49,573 bases of DNA from Kiritimatiellia bacterium (lineage in GTDB: Bacteria > Verrucomicrobiota > Kiritimatiellia > SLAD01). Shown here piece after piece: positions 16,289 through 26,204 of this stretch; positions within the stretch are counted from its first letter, which is position 1, and every line of letters starts with the position of its first letter. Made by a program: the position numbers and the translations under genes. The stretch covers positions 1 through 49,573 of the forward strand of contig SLBD01000028.1 in NCBI GenBank assembly GCA_007126515.1. The letters run 5' to 3'. The notes under the pieces were generated by a model. The model worked only from the letters and a program-made list of their open reading frames with translations, searched no databases and had not been told where the DNA came from.

Positions 16289-17569
16289 ATGAAGGCAACT
16301 GACTTACGGGGGATCCTCGGCTATATCGCCCGGTTTCGAGACCGGTTGTTTGTGCTGAATATCGACAGCGCGGTCATGGAGGCGGACACGTTCCGAAACC
16401 TGCTGCTGGATATCTCTGTTCTTCGTAGCCTGAACATCAATGTGCTGATTGTCCACGGTGCCAGTTGCCGGATCCAGCAACTGGCCGACACAGCGGGCCT
16501 GCAGCCGTCCGATCTTGACGGCATGGGCATTACGGATGCCACCACGCTGGAGCTTGCCATCCTGGCCGCTAATCGGTTGTCACATGACATTCTCGAGGGA
16601 TTAGCTGAAACCGATGTGCGGGCGGCGGTAACCAACGCCATCGTCGCGCACCCCGCCGGTATTCGGCGGGGCCAAGACTTCGCCCTGACAGGCAAGGTGG
16701 AACGGGTGGATAAGGCCTTTCTGCAAGAACTGCTGAAGCAGGGCATCGTGCCCATCGTGCCGCCGCTGGGCTTTGATGGCAATAGTCAGACGTTCCGAGT
16801 CAATTCGGATCAGGCGGCTCGGGCGGTGGCGGAGTCGCTGAAGGCGGCCAAGCTGATGTTCATTACGCCAGGCGATCATATTCAAGGCGCGGGCACCCTC
16901 AGCGCCCAGTTTTCCGTCGCCGAAGCCGAGGCATTCATCCAGGATCATGCCGACACCCTCACACCGGAAATGAAGTCCAAGCTGGAGCATGGGGTGCACG
17001 CCTGCAAACAAGGTGTTCCCCGGGCCCATTTTATTAACGGATTACTGGATGAGGCGCTGCTGGGCGAAGTTTTTTCGAACGAAGGTGTCGGCACAATGAT
17101 CTATGCCAATGAATATCAATCGATTCGCCCGGCCCGGAAGCGGGACATCGGAGCTATACTGGCCTTGATTCGAGAAGCGATTGCGGCGGAAGAGTTAATT
17201 CCTCGCACGCGCCATGACTTAGTCGGGCAATTAGGTGCATTTTATGTATTCGAGATCGACCGGAACGTGGTGGCCTGCGTGGCCTTGCGATTGTATGCAG
17301 AAGCGGAAGCGGCAGAGCTCGAATGCCTATTTGTTTCCGAAGCGCATGAGAATCAGGGCATTGGCGGCAAATTGGTGCAATTCGTCTGCGAACGCGCTCG
17401 CCAACTGGGTTGCAAGCGGTTGTTTGCCTTGTCGACACAGGCCTTCAACTACTTCCAGCAGAAGGGCGGCTTCAGTCTCGGCTCTGTTGAGGACCTGCCC
17501 GCAGAACGGCGGTCTAAATACGATCAAAGTGGACGGCAGTCTCGTGTCCTCGTTCGGGATCTCGATTGA
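16289..17569 (+). CDS. argA: Amino-acid N-acetyltransferase (N-acetylglutamate synthase): amino-acid-kinase domain plus GNAT domain
   Basis: The 426 aa protein has an N-terminal AAK-fold region (FVLNIDSAVM..., NVLIVHGAS) and a C-terminal GNAT region (ECLFVSEAHENQGIGGKLVQFVCERARQLGCKRLFALS). Confidence 0.88.
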   Translation: MKATDLRGILGYIARFRDRLFVLNIDSAVMEADTFRNLLLDISVLRSLNINVLIVHGASCRIQQLADTAGLQPSDLDGMGITDATTLELAILAANRLSHDILEGLAETDVRAAVTNAIVAHPAGIRRGQDFALTGKVERVDKAFLQELLKQGIVPIVPPLGFDGNSQTFRVNSDQAARAVAESLKAAKLMFITPGDHIQGAGTLSAQFSVAEAEAFIQDHADTLTPEMKSKLEHGVHACKQGVPRAHFINGLLDEALLGEVFSNEGVGTMIYANEYQSIRPARKRDIGAILALIREAIAAEELIPRTRHDLVGQLGAFYVFEIDRNVVACVALRLYAEAEAAELECLFVSEAHENQGIGGKLVQFVCERARQLGCKRLFALSTQAFNYFQQKGGFSLGSVEDLPAERRSKYDQSGRQSRVLVRDLD

Positions 17570-17587
17570 TCAAACATCGGAGAATAT

Positions 17588-18295
17588 ATGAACGAACCTA
17601 TTCCAGAATCTGACCGAGTGTCAGAATCGGACCCTGTGCCCGTTGCCTGGCCGGTATTAAGCAAAGTGCAAGTTCGCGTGCTGGGCTGTCTGATGGAAAA
17701 GGCCAACACGACGCCCGAATACTATCCGTTGACGCTGAATGCGCTGACAAACGCTTGCAATCAAAAATCGAATCGAGATCCGCTGATGTCCTTGTCCGAG
17801 GCGGATGTGATTGACGCGTTGGACGGTTTACGGCACACGCACAGGTTGGCGGCGCTGGTGCATACGGCGGGCAGCCGCGTGGAAAAATTCAAGCATACGA
17901 TTACGCAAGTCATCGAATTGAACCCACGACAAGCCGCCATTCTTTGCGAGTTACTGTTGCGCGGTCCTGAGACCGTCGGAGAACTGCGGACGCGGGCTTC
18001 ACGCCTGCATTCATTTCACGACTTGAACGAAGTTCAGAGTGTGCTAGATGAACTGGCCGCTCATGCCGGAGGTCCGCTGGTTGTGCGCCTTCCGCGCGAG
18101 CCCGGACGCCGCGAATCGCGTTGGATGCATGCCCTTGCAGGCACGCCCGAAGCTGCACCGGATCAGGAGCCTGAAAATGCCTCATCACCGACGGCGACGG
18201 GAGAATCGGCGCTACGGGAAGAAGTAGATCAAATCAAGGCCGAGTTGGAATCGTTGAAAGCAGATTTCGACCGGTTCCGTCAACAATTTGAGTAG
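17588..18295 (+). CDS. yceH: DUF480 (YceH) family protein
   Basis: VRVLGCLMEKANTTPEYYPLTLNALTNACNQKSNRDP is the characteristic YceH N-terminal block. A C-terminal coiled coil is also present. Confidence 0.85.
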   Translation: MNEPIPESDRVSESDPVPVAWPVLSKVQVRVLGCLMEKANTTPEYYPLTLNALTNACNQKSNRDPLMSLSEADVIDALDGLRHTHRLAALVHTAGSRVEKFKHTITQVIELNPRQAAILCELLLRGPETVGELRTRASRLHSFHDLNEVQSVLDELAAHAGGPLVVRLPREPGRRESRWMHALAGTPEAAPDQEPENASSPTATGESALREEVDQIKAELESLKADFDRFRQQFE

Positions 18296-18302
18296 GGAAG
18301 CG

Positions 18303-19715
18303 ATGAAATACGAATTTGATGCAATAGTCATTGGACTGGGCCCTGCCGGAATGGCGGTCAGTATTATGGGCGCTGAAATGGGGCTGAAGATTTGTGCCAT
18401 TGAAAAACGGGCCATTGGCGGCGAATGCATGAACATCGGCTGCATCCCCAGCAAGGCCATGCTGAAGATGGCCCGGGCCCGGGCCACGGTCGGGGAGCTG
18501 GAGAAACTGGCCATGGCACCGCTGCCATTACCTGACGTGCAAAATCCGTTTGCCAAGATCGCCGCCGACTTAAAATACATTGGCGAAGCCAAAAACAAAA
18601 AAATGTTCGAGAAGGTTCACCTCGTACTGGGTGAAGGGGCGGCCGAATTTATCGACTCACATACTGTAGCGGTTGGTGGACGTCGCTATACGGCCAAGCG
18701 CATATATATTTGTACGGGAACCCGTCCAGCGGTCCCACCCATTACCGGGCTCGATCAATTGGAGATTCTGACGAACGAGAATGTGTTTCATTTAGATCGC
18801 ATTCCAGAAAGCATGACCATCATCGGCGGTGGCGCGATTGGCTGCGAGATGGCGCAAGCATTCACTCGCCTGGGCTGTCGCTGCGCCATTGTGCACATGG
18901 ATGCTCGACTATTGCCACTGGGTGACACCGACCTGGGCGCAGCCTTGGAACAGGCCTTTCAGCGGGAAGAGATTCCTGTCTACAATGGCCGTCACATCCG
19001 TAATGTCGAAAAGCGGGCCGATGGTCAAGTGGTGTTGACCACTGAAGAGGGCGACGAGTTGGTTGCCGAGCGACTGCTAGTCGCGGCGGGGCGGTCCTCC
19101 GTACATGCCTCGTTGCAACTGGACAAAGCAGGTGTGCAATTCGACAAGCGAAAGATTCCCGTCGATAAATATCTGCGTACGTCGCAAAAGAATATTTTCG
19201 CTTGTGGCGATTGCAACGGCCATTCCCTGTTCACTCACGCCGCCATGCATCAGGGAATGCTGGCGATCATGAACAGCATGATTCCGGGACCCTTCAAAAT
19301 CGACTATCGCAAGTTTGTCGTCCCGTGGACCGTCTTCACAACGCCGATGATCTCTCAGGTGGGTCGCAGTCGCCAGGAACTCGAGCAGGCTGGGGTGCGA
19401 TTTGAAGAAGTCACCTGCAAATATGAAGACTACGGGGCCGCCATTGCCGAAAACATCGCCGAAGGATATGTGAGCGCGTACATCACACCCACCGGACGGA
19501 TTCTGGGTGCCAAAATTGTTGGCGAAGGGTCCGGCGAGATGATCGGTGAATGGGCGCTGGCGATTCAGAAGAAACTGCGAATCACCGACATCATGATGCT
19601 GCAGCATTCCTTCCCGACCATGTCCTTCCTGACCAAGCGCGTGTCCGAGACCTGGATGATGGGCATGATGAAATCCGAGCGGATCAAGAATCTGTGCCGG
19701 TTTATGTTCCGCTGA
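18303..19715 (+). CDS. FAD-dependent pyridine nucleotide-disulfide oxidoreductase (class I, dihydrolipoyl dehydrogenase / mercuric reductase-like)
   Basis: The motifs are FDAIVIGLGPAGMAV (FAD GxGxxG), the redox disulfide GGECMNIGCIPSK, MTIIGGGAIGCEMA (the NAD site) and ACGDCNG. The ATG at 18303 lies inside ORF 18288-19715. Confidence 0.88.
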   Translation: MKYEFDAIVIGLGPAGMAVSIMGAEMGLKICAIEKRAIGGECMNIGCIPSKAMLKMARARATVGELEKLAMAPLPLPDVQNPFAKIAADLKYIGEAKNKKMFEKVHLVLGEGAAEFIDSHTVAVGGRRYTAKRIYICTGTRPAVPPITGLDQLEILTNENVFHLDRIPESMTIIGGGAIGCEMAQAFTRLGCRCAIVHMDARLLPLGDTDLGAALEQAFQREEIPVYNGRHIRNVEKRADGQVVLTTEEGDELVAERLLVAAGRSSVHASLQLDKAGVQFDKRKIPVDKYLRTSQKNIFACGDCNGHSLFTHAAMHQGMLAIMNSMIPGPFKIDYRKFVVPWTVFTTPMISQVGRSRQELEQAGVRFEEVTCKYEDYGAAIAENIAEGYVSAYITPTGRILGAKIVGEGSGEMIGEWALAIQKKLRITDIMMLQHSFPTMSFLTKRVSETWMMGMMKSERIKNLCRFMFR

Positions 19716-19770
19716 ATTAAGGATATACTTTTACCAGACAATTTAGTTAAGGTTTTGCCAGTAGACGAGA

Positions 19771-20385
19771 GTGAGGTACAGATTGACGAATGAGACTGAC
19801 GGGATTGATCCAGAGCGCTGGATTTCGGAACACGGGGATGTCATGTTCCGCTACGCAGTGGTGCGCTTGAAAAGCCACGCGGTTGCTGAAGATATTGTGC
19901 AAGAAACATTTCTGGCCGCGATGAAGGCCAAGGAACGCTATCAAGGTCGCTCCTCGGAACGATCGTGGCTGATGGGTATTCTCCGCCACAAATTGATCGA
20001 TCACCTGCGCAAGGCGGCACGCGAAGTCAAAATGGAGGATATGGAATCCGAAGATTTTCAGGATTCGCTGATGTTCCGCGAAGTTGGCATCCCTCACTGG
20101 AGACCCCCCAAGTGGCAGTTCAACCCTCGCAAAGTGTTCGAGCAGAAAGAGTTCTGGGATGTCTTCTCCTCCTGCCTTAGCAAACTGGATCAGCGCATGA
20201 ATCTAGCTTTTACCATGAAGGAGCTGGAAGGCCTGTCTACGGAAGATGTGTGTAAGGAGTTGGGAGTAGAACCGACGTACCTTTGGGTTATCTTATATCG
20301 GGCTCGCAACGGATTAAAAGCGTGCCTCGAGAAGAACTGGTTAAAAAAGAACAAAGGTGTGAAAGAACTCCATGCTGCGGTGTAA
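19771..20385 (+). CDS. ECF-type RNA polymerase sigma-70 factor
   Basis: Region 2 reads HAVAEDIVQETFLAAMKAKERYQGRSSERSWLMGILRHKLIDHLR and region 4 reads LEGLSTEDVCKELGVEPTYLWVILYRARNGLKACL. The start is GTG. Confidence 0.9.
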   Translation: MRYRLTNETDGIDPERWISEHGDVMFRYAVVRLKSHAVAEDIVQETFLAAMKAKERYQGRSSERSWLMGILRHKLIDHLRKAAREVKMEDMESEDFQDSLMFREVGIPHWRPPKWQFNPRKVFEQKEFWDVFSSCLSKLDQRMNLAFTMKELEGLSTEDVCKELGVEPTYLWVILYRARNGLKACLEKNWLKKNKGVKELHAAV

Positions 20386-20629
20386 ACAAGTATCAGATGC
20401 GTTGTCGAACGGGAAATACTGGGATCTTCCCCTGCGCCAGCGAATTGGCCTCAAAATGCATGTGTGCCTGTGTTTTGTATGTGGTCCCTTTAATCGCTTC
20501 ATCATGCTGATGCAGGATACGACCCGTCACTACTTAGCGCACGAGCAATCTGACGCACCGCCGTCTTCCATGTCTCTATCTGATGATGCAAAAAAACGGA
20601 TGGCATCGTCCTTAAAAGAGAAGTCGTAA
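20372..20629 (+). CDS. Soluble zinc-binding anti-sigma factor (ZAS, zf-HC2), 85 aa
   Basis: The gene overlaps the sigma gene by 14 nt. Residues C4 ... H30-x3-C34-x2-C37 (MLRCKQV...MHVCLCFVC) form a complete ZAS motif. No transmembrane segment is present. Confidence 0.8.
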   Translation: MLRCKQVSDALSNGKYWDLPLRQRIGLKMHVCLCFVCGPFNRFIMLMQDTTRHYLAHEQSDAPPSSMSLSDDAKKRMASSLKEKS

Positions 20630-20638
20630 GGAAATGGT

Positions 20639-21211
20639 ATGGGAGCTGTGCGACGCATTTTCATGTCTCGCCTTCTCTGGATCAGTGGCTGTGGGCTGCT
20701 GGTTCTGCTGATTGTCACGACGAAGCCTTTCGCATCCGATATTGCGTCCGATTCTGAGTCGGCGACTTGGGTGACCGTTTATTCGCCGGAAACAGGAGGA
20801 ACCATCATGGTGGAACGAATTGTCAAAACCGATGCCGAATGGCGGCAGATTCTTACAGAGGAACAATACCGCGTGACGCGGCAAGGCGGCACGGAATGTG
20901 CCTTCACCGGCCAATACGACGGCAACAAAGAGGCGGGCATGTACTATTGCGTCTGCTGCGATCTCGCCTTGTTTTCATCAGAAAATAAATTCGATTCAGG
21001 GACCGGGTGGCCCAGCTTCTGGAAGCCCATTGCGGCAGATAATATGGCGGAGCGTACGGATCGCAGCCACTTCATGGTTCGCACTGAAGTGCTCTGTCCC
21101 CGCTGCGATGCTCATCTGGGTCATGTTTTCTCAGACGGCCCGCCCCCCACCGGGTTGCGCTATTGCATTAATTCGGCTGCGTTACGATTTGTCCCGGATC
21201 AGGACAGTTAA
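20639..21211 (+). CDS. msrB: Peptide-methionine (R)-S-oxide reductase MsrB with an N-terminal signal/anchor sequence
   Basis: The MsrB blocks are [46 protein letters not shown] and the catalytic RYCINS. The N-terminus ([16 protein letters not shown]) is hydrophobic. Confidence 0.93.
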   Translation: MGAVRRIFMSRLLWISGCGLLVLLIVTTKPFASDIASDSESATWVTVYSPETGGTIMVERIVKTDAEWRQILTEEQYRVTRQGGTECAFTGQYDGNKEAGMYYCVCCDLALFSSENKFDSGTGWPSFWKPIAADNMAERTDRSHFMVRTEVLCPRCDAHLGHVFSDGPPPTGLRYCINSAALRFVPDQDS

Positions 21212-22440
21212 TGGCTGAAAAGACGCAAGTAAGCGCTGCCGCATCTTTACCCGCGATGCAGTACAGGCGCTTCGGGCGCACAAATCTGCGTATACCGGTG
21301 TTCTCCTGCGGCGGCATGCGATATCAGCAATCATGGCAAGATTTATCGCCAGACGAAATCGAGGCGGAAAAACAGGTCAACCTTGAGGCCTGCATCCATC
21401 GCGCCGTTGAACTGGGCATTAACCACATCGAGACAGCACGCGGATATGGCACATCAGAGCAGCAGCTGGGCCGCATTTTACCCAATCTACCTCGCGAACA
21501 ATTGATTGTGCAAACCAAGATCGGGCCCAAGGAATCCGGGGCGGAGTTTATGGATGTTTTCGAGACCTCCATGCAGAACTTGAAACTGGATTATGTCGAC
21601 TTACTCGGCATCCACGGCATCAACACGCAAGAACTTTTGGATTTAACGCTGCGCACGGATGGCATGATGACGGCTGTCCGCGAGGTCCAGCGGCAAGGCC
21701 GCGTCCGTCATGTTGGCTTTTCGACTCATGCGCCAACCGATGTGATTGTTAAGACGATTGAATCGGGCGAATTTGAATACGTCAATTTGCACTGGTACTA
21801 CGTCAATCCCTTCACCTGGGAAGCGGTCGAGGCAGCAAACCGAGCCGACATGGGAGTGTTCATCATCAGCCCCAGCGATAAGGGCGGAAAATTGTATGAG
21901 CCCAGCGAGAAAATGAAGCAACTCTGCGCGCCGCTGTCGCCGATGCAATTCAATGACCTCTACTGTCTTTCTCGAGAAGAAGTTCACACCCTAAGCCTTG
22001 GCGCCGCACGGCCCACTGATTTCGACGAGCACGTGCAGGGGCTGACCGACTGGGATACACATCAGGAATTGACGACAGACATCGCGACCCGATTGCACAA
22101 CGCCCTTACCGAGCACCATGGGGAAGAATGGGTCTTGCATTGGCACGAAGGGTTGCCCGATTGCAGCGACATCCCCAGCGAAATCAATGTCCATGAGATA
22201 CTGCGCCTCTGGACCTACGGAACAGCGCTGGACCTCCTTCCCTGGGCAAAAATGAGGTACAACTTGTTAGGCCAAGGGGGGCATTGGTTTCGAGGACAAA
22301 ATGCAGCAACAGCAGCCGATGTGGATTGGTCACCCTTACTCTCCCAAAGTCCCTTCGCGGACATCATTCCCGACATCCTGCGTCAAGCCCACGACTTACT
22401 CGTCGAAGCCCCCGTGGAACGCGCCAGCCAGGGGAATTGA
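21211..22440 (+). CDS. Aldo/keto reductase family oxidoreductase with a C-terminal extension (409 aa)
   Basis: The start overlaps the msrB stop (TAATG). INHIETARGYGTSEQQLG and VRHVGFSTH are AKR motifs. Confidence 0.85.
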   Translation: MAEKTQVSAAASLPAMQYRRFGRTNLRIPVFSCGGMRYQQSWQDLSPDEIEAEKQVNLEACIHRAVELGINHIETARGYGTSEQQLGRILPNLPREQLIVQTKIGPKESGAEFMDVFETSMQNLKLDYVDLLGIHGINTQELLDLTLRTDGMMTAVREVQRQGRVRHVGFSTHAPTDVIVKTIESGEFEYVNLHWYYVNPFTWEAVEAANRADMGVFIISPSDKGGKLYEPSEKMKQLCAPLSPMQFNDLYCLSREEVHTLSLGAARPTDFDEHVQGLTDWDTHQELTTDIATRLHNALTEHHGEEWVLHWHEGLPDCSDIPSEINVHEILRLWTYGTALDLLPWAKMRYNLLGQGGHWFRGQNAATAADVDWSPLLSQSPFADIIPDILRQAHDLLVEAPVERASQGN

Positions 22441-22602
22441 GCTGCTCCCGCAGCACAGTCGACCGATAGCCACAGGGCAGATAGCCATCACGACTGTTGC
22501 CCTTTGGCACAACTCTTGGTAATCTGCACGCCGTTTTTCCATGCTATGGAAGGGTGACGAGCCTGATGGTTCAGGCTGATCCCGCCCTCGGAGGATGACA
22601 CG

Positions 22603-25600
22603 TTGTATCTTAAAAATCTTGAGTTGATTGGCTTTAAAAGCTTTGCATCCAAGACTCGGCTCCAGTTTGAGCCGGGCATGACGGCTATTGTGGGCCCGAA
22701 TGGATGCGGGAAAAGCAATATTTCTGATTCGATCCGCTGGGTCTTGGGTGAACAAAGGGCCAAAGCCCTCCGCGGCTCAAAAATGGAAGATATCATTTTC
22801 AATGGTACGGACTCTCAAAAACCGCTGTCCATGGCGGAGGTCAGCATCACCCTGGCAGATTGCGAATCCACGCTAGGCACCGATTACAACGAAGTGACTG
22901 TGACACGTCGCGTGCTCCGTTCGGGTGAAGGCCAGTATTTTATCAACAAGACGCCCTGCCGCCTCAAAGATATTCAGCGCCTGTTTATGGATACGGGAAT
23001 TGGCACCAATTCCTATTCATTGATGGAACAGGGCCGCATCGATCAGATTCTCAGCTCCCGGCCCGAGGATCGTCGCGCCGTATTTGAGGAAGCGAGTGGG
23101 ATCACCAAGTTTAAGGCAGATAAAAAGGAAGCCATCCGCAAGTTGGACCAAACGGAAGCCAATCTGCTGCGCCTGGCCGATATCATCCGCGAGGTTAAAC
23201 GCCGGATCATCTCGTTGCAGCGTCAAGCGGGGAAAGCCAAACGCTACAAGTCGCTTCAGGAGGAATTGCGGGCCTTTGACACGTATCTTTCCCGCGATCG
23301 TTTAAAGCAGCTGGCTACAGAGATTACTGCGCTGGAAGAAAAACTGGCAGCGATTCACGGCGGCGAAGAGTCGGCTCGCGCCACCATTCAACAAACGGAG
23401 CAGCAAGCTCACGAGTTGCGGTCCCGCGTTCAACAAAAGGAAGATGAAATTGCGCAGGCAATGGAAGCGGCTTCGCGAACCAATGCAGAGAGGGAACGAG
23501 CTGAGCAAACCATTCAGGTCAACCAAGACCGGATCAAGGAACTCAAACAACTGTCCGAACGTGATCATCGGGATGCGCATGAAGCCCATGAGCGGGTGAA
23601 CGTGCACCGCACAACGTTGGTTGAGGTGGGCGAACAATTGAGCGCGGCCGAACAAGCCCGCATGGATGCAGATGCGGATGCTCAATCCAGCGCAGCAAAA
23701 CTGCAAGAAATGGATGCAGCGGTCCGACAGATTCGCGATTTGTTAAATCAGTTGCGAAGTGAATCGGTGGACCTCGAAAGTCGGGGGGCGCGGTTGCAGA
23801 ATGAACTGTCCGACCTGGATGCTCGCGAGCGCAATAGCGTGACCCGACGCGAACGACTGGCCGCTGAATTGGCGGCAACCCAGCGAGCCGTTGAGAAATT
23901 TGAAAGTCGCAAGTCCGAGGCGGAAGCGCACATGAACTCGCTGCGCGAGGCGGTTGCCACACAGAAAGAACAAGCGCAGACGTTGCAATCGGAAAAGAAC
24001 AATTTGCGCGACTTGATGGCTACCGAAAGAAAACGCCTCGGCGAATGGCAACAAAAGGTGGCGGCGCGAGAAGCCCAGACGGAACTCTATCGACAATCCG
24101 AGGCGGAAGCAGAAGATGTCCCGCCCGGAGCGCGACGGATCTTAAGTTCTGACGAAGAACCATTGATCCCTGCAGATCAAGTGCTGGGAACGTTGGCAGA
24201 TCACATCCAGGCTCCCGAGGAATTTCAAAAGGCACTGGAAGCAGTGCTACGGGCGTGGCTGGATGCCGTCATTGTGTCCGATCCTGCTGCGCTTCAGAAT
24301 GCGTTGGCGGCCCTCGAATCAACGGGAGCGGGGTCGGCCCGGTTGCTGGCGATGGACGCAGCGATGGACGCGACCGATTCATTTCATGATCTTCCAGGCC
24401 AGGCCCTTCGTGACTGCGTGAATGTGTCTGATCGCGCCACTGGCTTGGCCAATCGCCTGTTTGCCGGAGTCCGCATTGTGGATTCGTTGACAGACATTCA
24501 ATCTACAGATGTTTCTCCGGCAGCCGTCTTTGTGACGCGTACGGGGCTGGTCTTGCGAGGAGGCGCAGGTGAAATCTGGATGCCAAGCGCACAAGAAACC
24601 AATCCCCTGAAGCGGCGGCACTTGCTGACCCAGTGGCTGGGCGAGTTGGATGAATTGCGCAATCAAATGGCGCGGGCTGAACTGGCCCTGCAAGAGCTAC
24701 AAGAGCGAGATCATACAGTCGACGAACAACGCGCGGCTGTGCAAAAGGCGCTTGATGAAGCGCGGCACGAATTATCGCTTTGCGAAGGCGAACATCGCGT
24801 CAAAGCACAAGAAGCCAAGCAAGCAGCGCAACAAATGGAAACCGTGTCGTTCGAGCTGGAGCAACTGGTTCAACAGCAAGCTTCCAGTGGCGAGCGACGG
24901 CAAAGCATCATTGACGAGATAGAATCGGCGCGCTCTCGACAAGCCGATGTCCGACACGAAATCGCTTCTCAAACCGAGACCTTGCAGAAGATGGAAGATG
25001 AGCGAGGGCAATGGCTGTCCGAGGTGACGGAAAAGCGCGTCTTGCTTGGGGAACGCCGACAGGCTGTGGCTCAACTGACGGCTCAACGCGAGGATTTACA
25101 GAACCGAATTACCGAGCTGGACGCATTAATTCAGGAACGCCGCCAAGGACTCGACAGCTACGAGACGCGAATTGAAGAGCTCAGCCAACATGTTGAAAAA
25201 ACCCAAGCCCGCTTGCAACCGTTGGGTGACCAGTTGGCTCAGCAAAAGCAGGCTCTAGAACAAGCCCGCCAGAATCGGGAAGATCACACGCTGGCATTGC
25301 GGCACATGGAAAGCCAGCTGCATGAGCATCGCACCGCACTCGAAGAGGTGCGAAATCAGCGATCGAAGTTGGACGTGGAACTGGCGGAACAACGGCTGCG
25401 CCGCCAGACAATTGTGGACCGACTGTCGCAAGAATATCGTCTCTCCCCCGAGGAGTTGGAAGAACTGCCTGAACCGCAGTGGGAGAATGAGCAGCAACCG
25501 GATCGCGACACGCTCGAAACCATGATTGCTGAAATTCGGACCAAATTGGATTCGATGGGTCCGGTGAATTTGATCGCTATTGAGGAACACCAAGAGTTGG

Positions 25601-26202
25601 AAGAGCGCTTTGAGTTCTTAACGGCACAACAGGACGACTTGGTTAAGGCCAAGAATCAGTTGCTCGACATGATTCGCCGGATCAACAACACGACGACCGA
25701 TATGTTCAAACGCACGTTCGAACAGGTTAACGAAAACTTCCAAAAGACCTTCAAACAATTGTTCGGGGGGGGCTCGGCTCGATTGGTATTGGTCGACGAC
25801 GATGATGTCCTCGATTCCGGCATTGAGATTATTGCCCGTCCGCCGGGCAAAAAATTGCAGACCATCTCATTGCTGTCCGGTGGAGAACGTACCATGACAG
25901 CCGTGGCTTTGTTGTTTGGGTTGTACATGGTCAAGCCGAGTCCTTTCTGTGTGTTGGACGAGCTGGACGCGGCCTTGGATGACGCCAACATTGGCCGTTT
26001 TGTGGGGATGGTGCAGGAGTTCCAAGCAAATTCACAATTTGTTGTAATCACCCACAACCGTCAAACGATTGAAGCGGCCGATGCGTTGTATGGTGTAACG
26101 ATGGAGAAATTTGGTGTCTCCAAAATTATGTCCGTACGGTTCAACAAGCACGAGGCAGGCGATGCCGCGGACTCGACCGAGACGGAACCGCAGGACGAGT
26201 AG
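22603..26202 (+). CDS. smc: Chromosome segregation protein SMC
   Basis: The 1199 aa protein begins MYLKNLELIGFKSFASKTRLQFEPGMTAIVGPNGCGKSNISDSIRWVLGE (Walker A). It has long coiled coils, a central hinge and C-terminal LSGGERTMTAVALLFGLYMVKPSPFCVLDELDAALD. The TTG start is preceded by GGAGGA. Confidence 0.97.
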   Translation: MYLKNLELIGFKSFASKTRLQFEPGMTAIVGPNGCGKSNISDSIRWVLGEQRAKALRGSKMEDIIFNGTDSQKPLSMAEVSITLADCESTLGTDYNEVTVTRRVLRSGEGQYFINKTPCRLKDIQRLFMDTGIGTNSYSLMEQGRIDQILSSRPEDRRAVFEEASGITKFKADKKEAIRKLDQTEANLLRLADIIREVKRRIISLQRQAGKAKRYKSLQEELRAFDTYLSRDRLKQLATEITALEEKLAAIHGGEESARATIQQTEQQAHELRSRVQQKEDEIAQAMEAASRTNAERERAEQTIQVNQDRIKELKQLSERDHRDAHEAHERVNVHRTTLVEVGEQLSAAEQARMDADADAQSSAAKLQEMDAAVRQIRDLLNQLRSESVDLESRGARLQNELSDLDARERNSVTRRERLAAELAATQRAVEKFESRKSEAEAHMNSLREAVATQKEQAQTLQSEKNNLRDLMATERKRLGEWQQKVAAREAQTELYRQSEAEAEDVPPGARRILSSDEEPLIPADQVLGTLADHIQAPEEFQKALEAVLRAWLDAVIVSDPAALQNALAALESTGAGSARLLAMDAAMDATDSFHDLPGQALRDCVNVSDRATGLANRLFAGVRIVDSLTDIQSTDVSPAAVFVTRTGLVLRGGAGEIWMPSAQETNPLKRRHLLTQWLGELDELRNQMARAELALQELQERDHTVDEQRAAVQKALDEARHELSLCEGEHRVKAQEAKQAAQQMETVSFELEQLVQQQASSGERRQSIIDEIESARSRQADVRHEIASQTETLQKMEDERGQWLSEVTEKRVLLGERRQAVAQLTAQREDLQNRITELDALIQERRQGLDSYETRIEELSQHVEKTQARLQPLGDQLAQQKQALEQARQNREDHTLALRHMESQLHEHRTALEEVRNQRSKLDVELAEQRLRRQTIVDRLSQEYRLSPEELEELPEPQWENEQQPDRDTLETMIAEIRTKLDSMGPVNLIAIEEHQELEERFEFLTAQQDDLVKAKNQLLDMIRRINNTTTDMFKRTFEQVNENFQKTFKQLFGGGSARLVLVDDDDVLDSGIEIIARPPGKKLQTISLLSGGERTMTAVALLFGLYMVKPSPFCVLDELDAALDDANIGRFVGMVQEFQANSQFVVITHNRQTIEAADALYGVTMEKFGVSKIMSVRFNKHEAGDAADSTETEPQDE

Positions 26203-26204
26203 CC

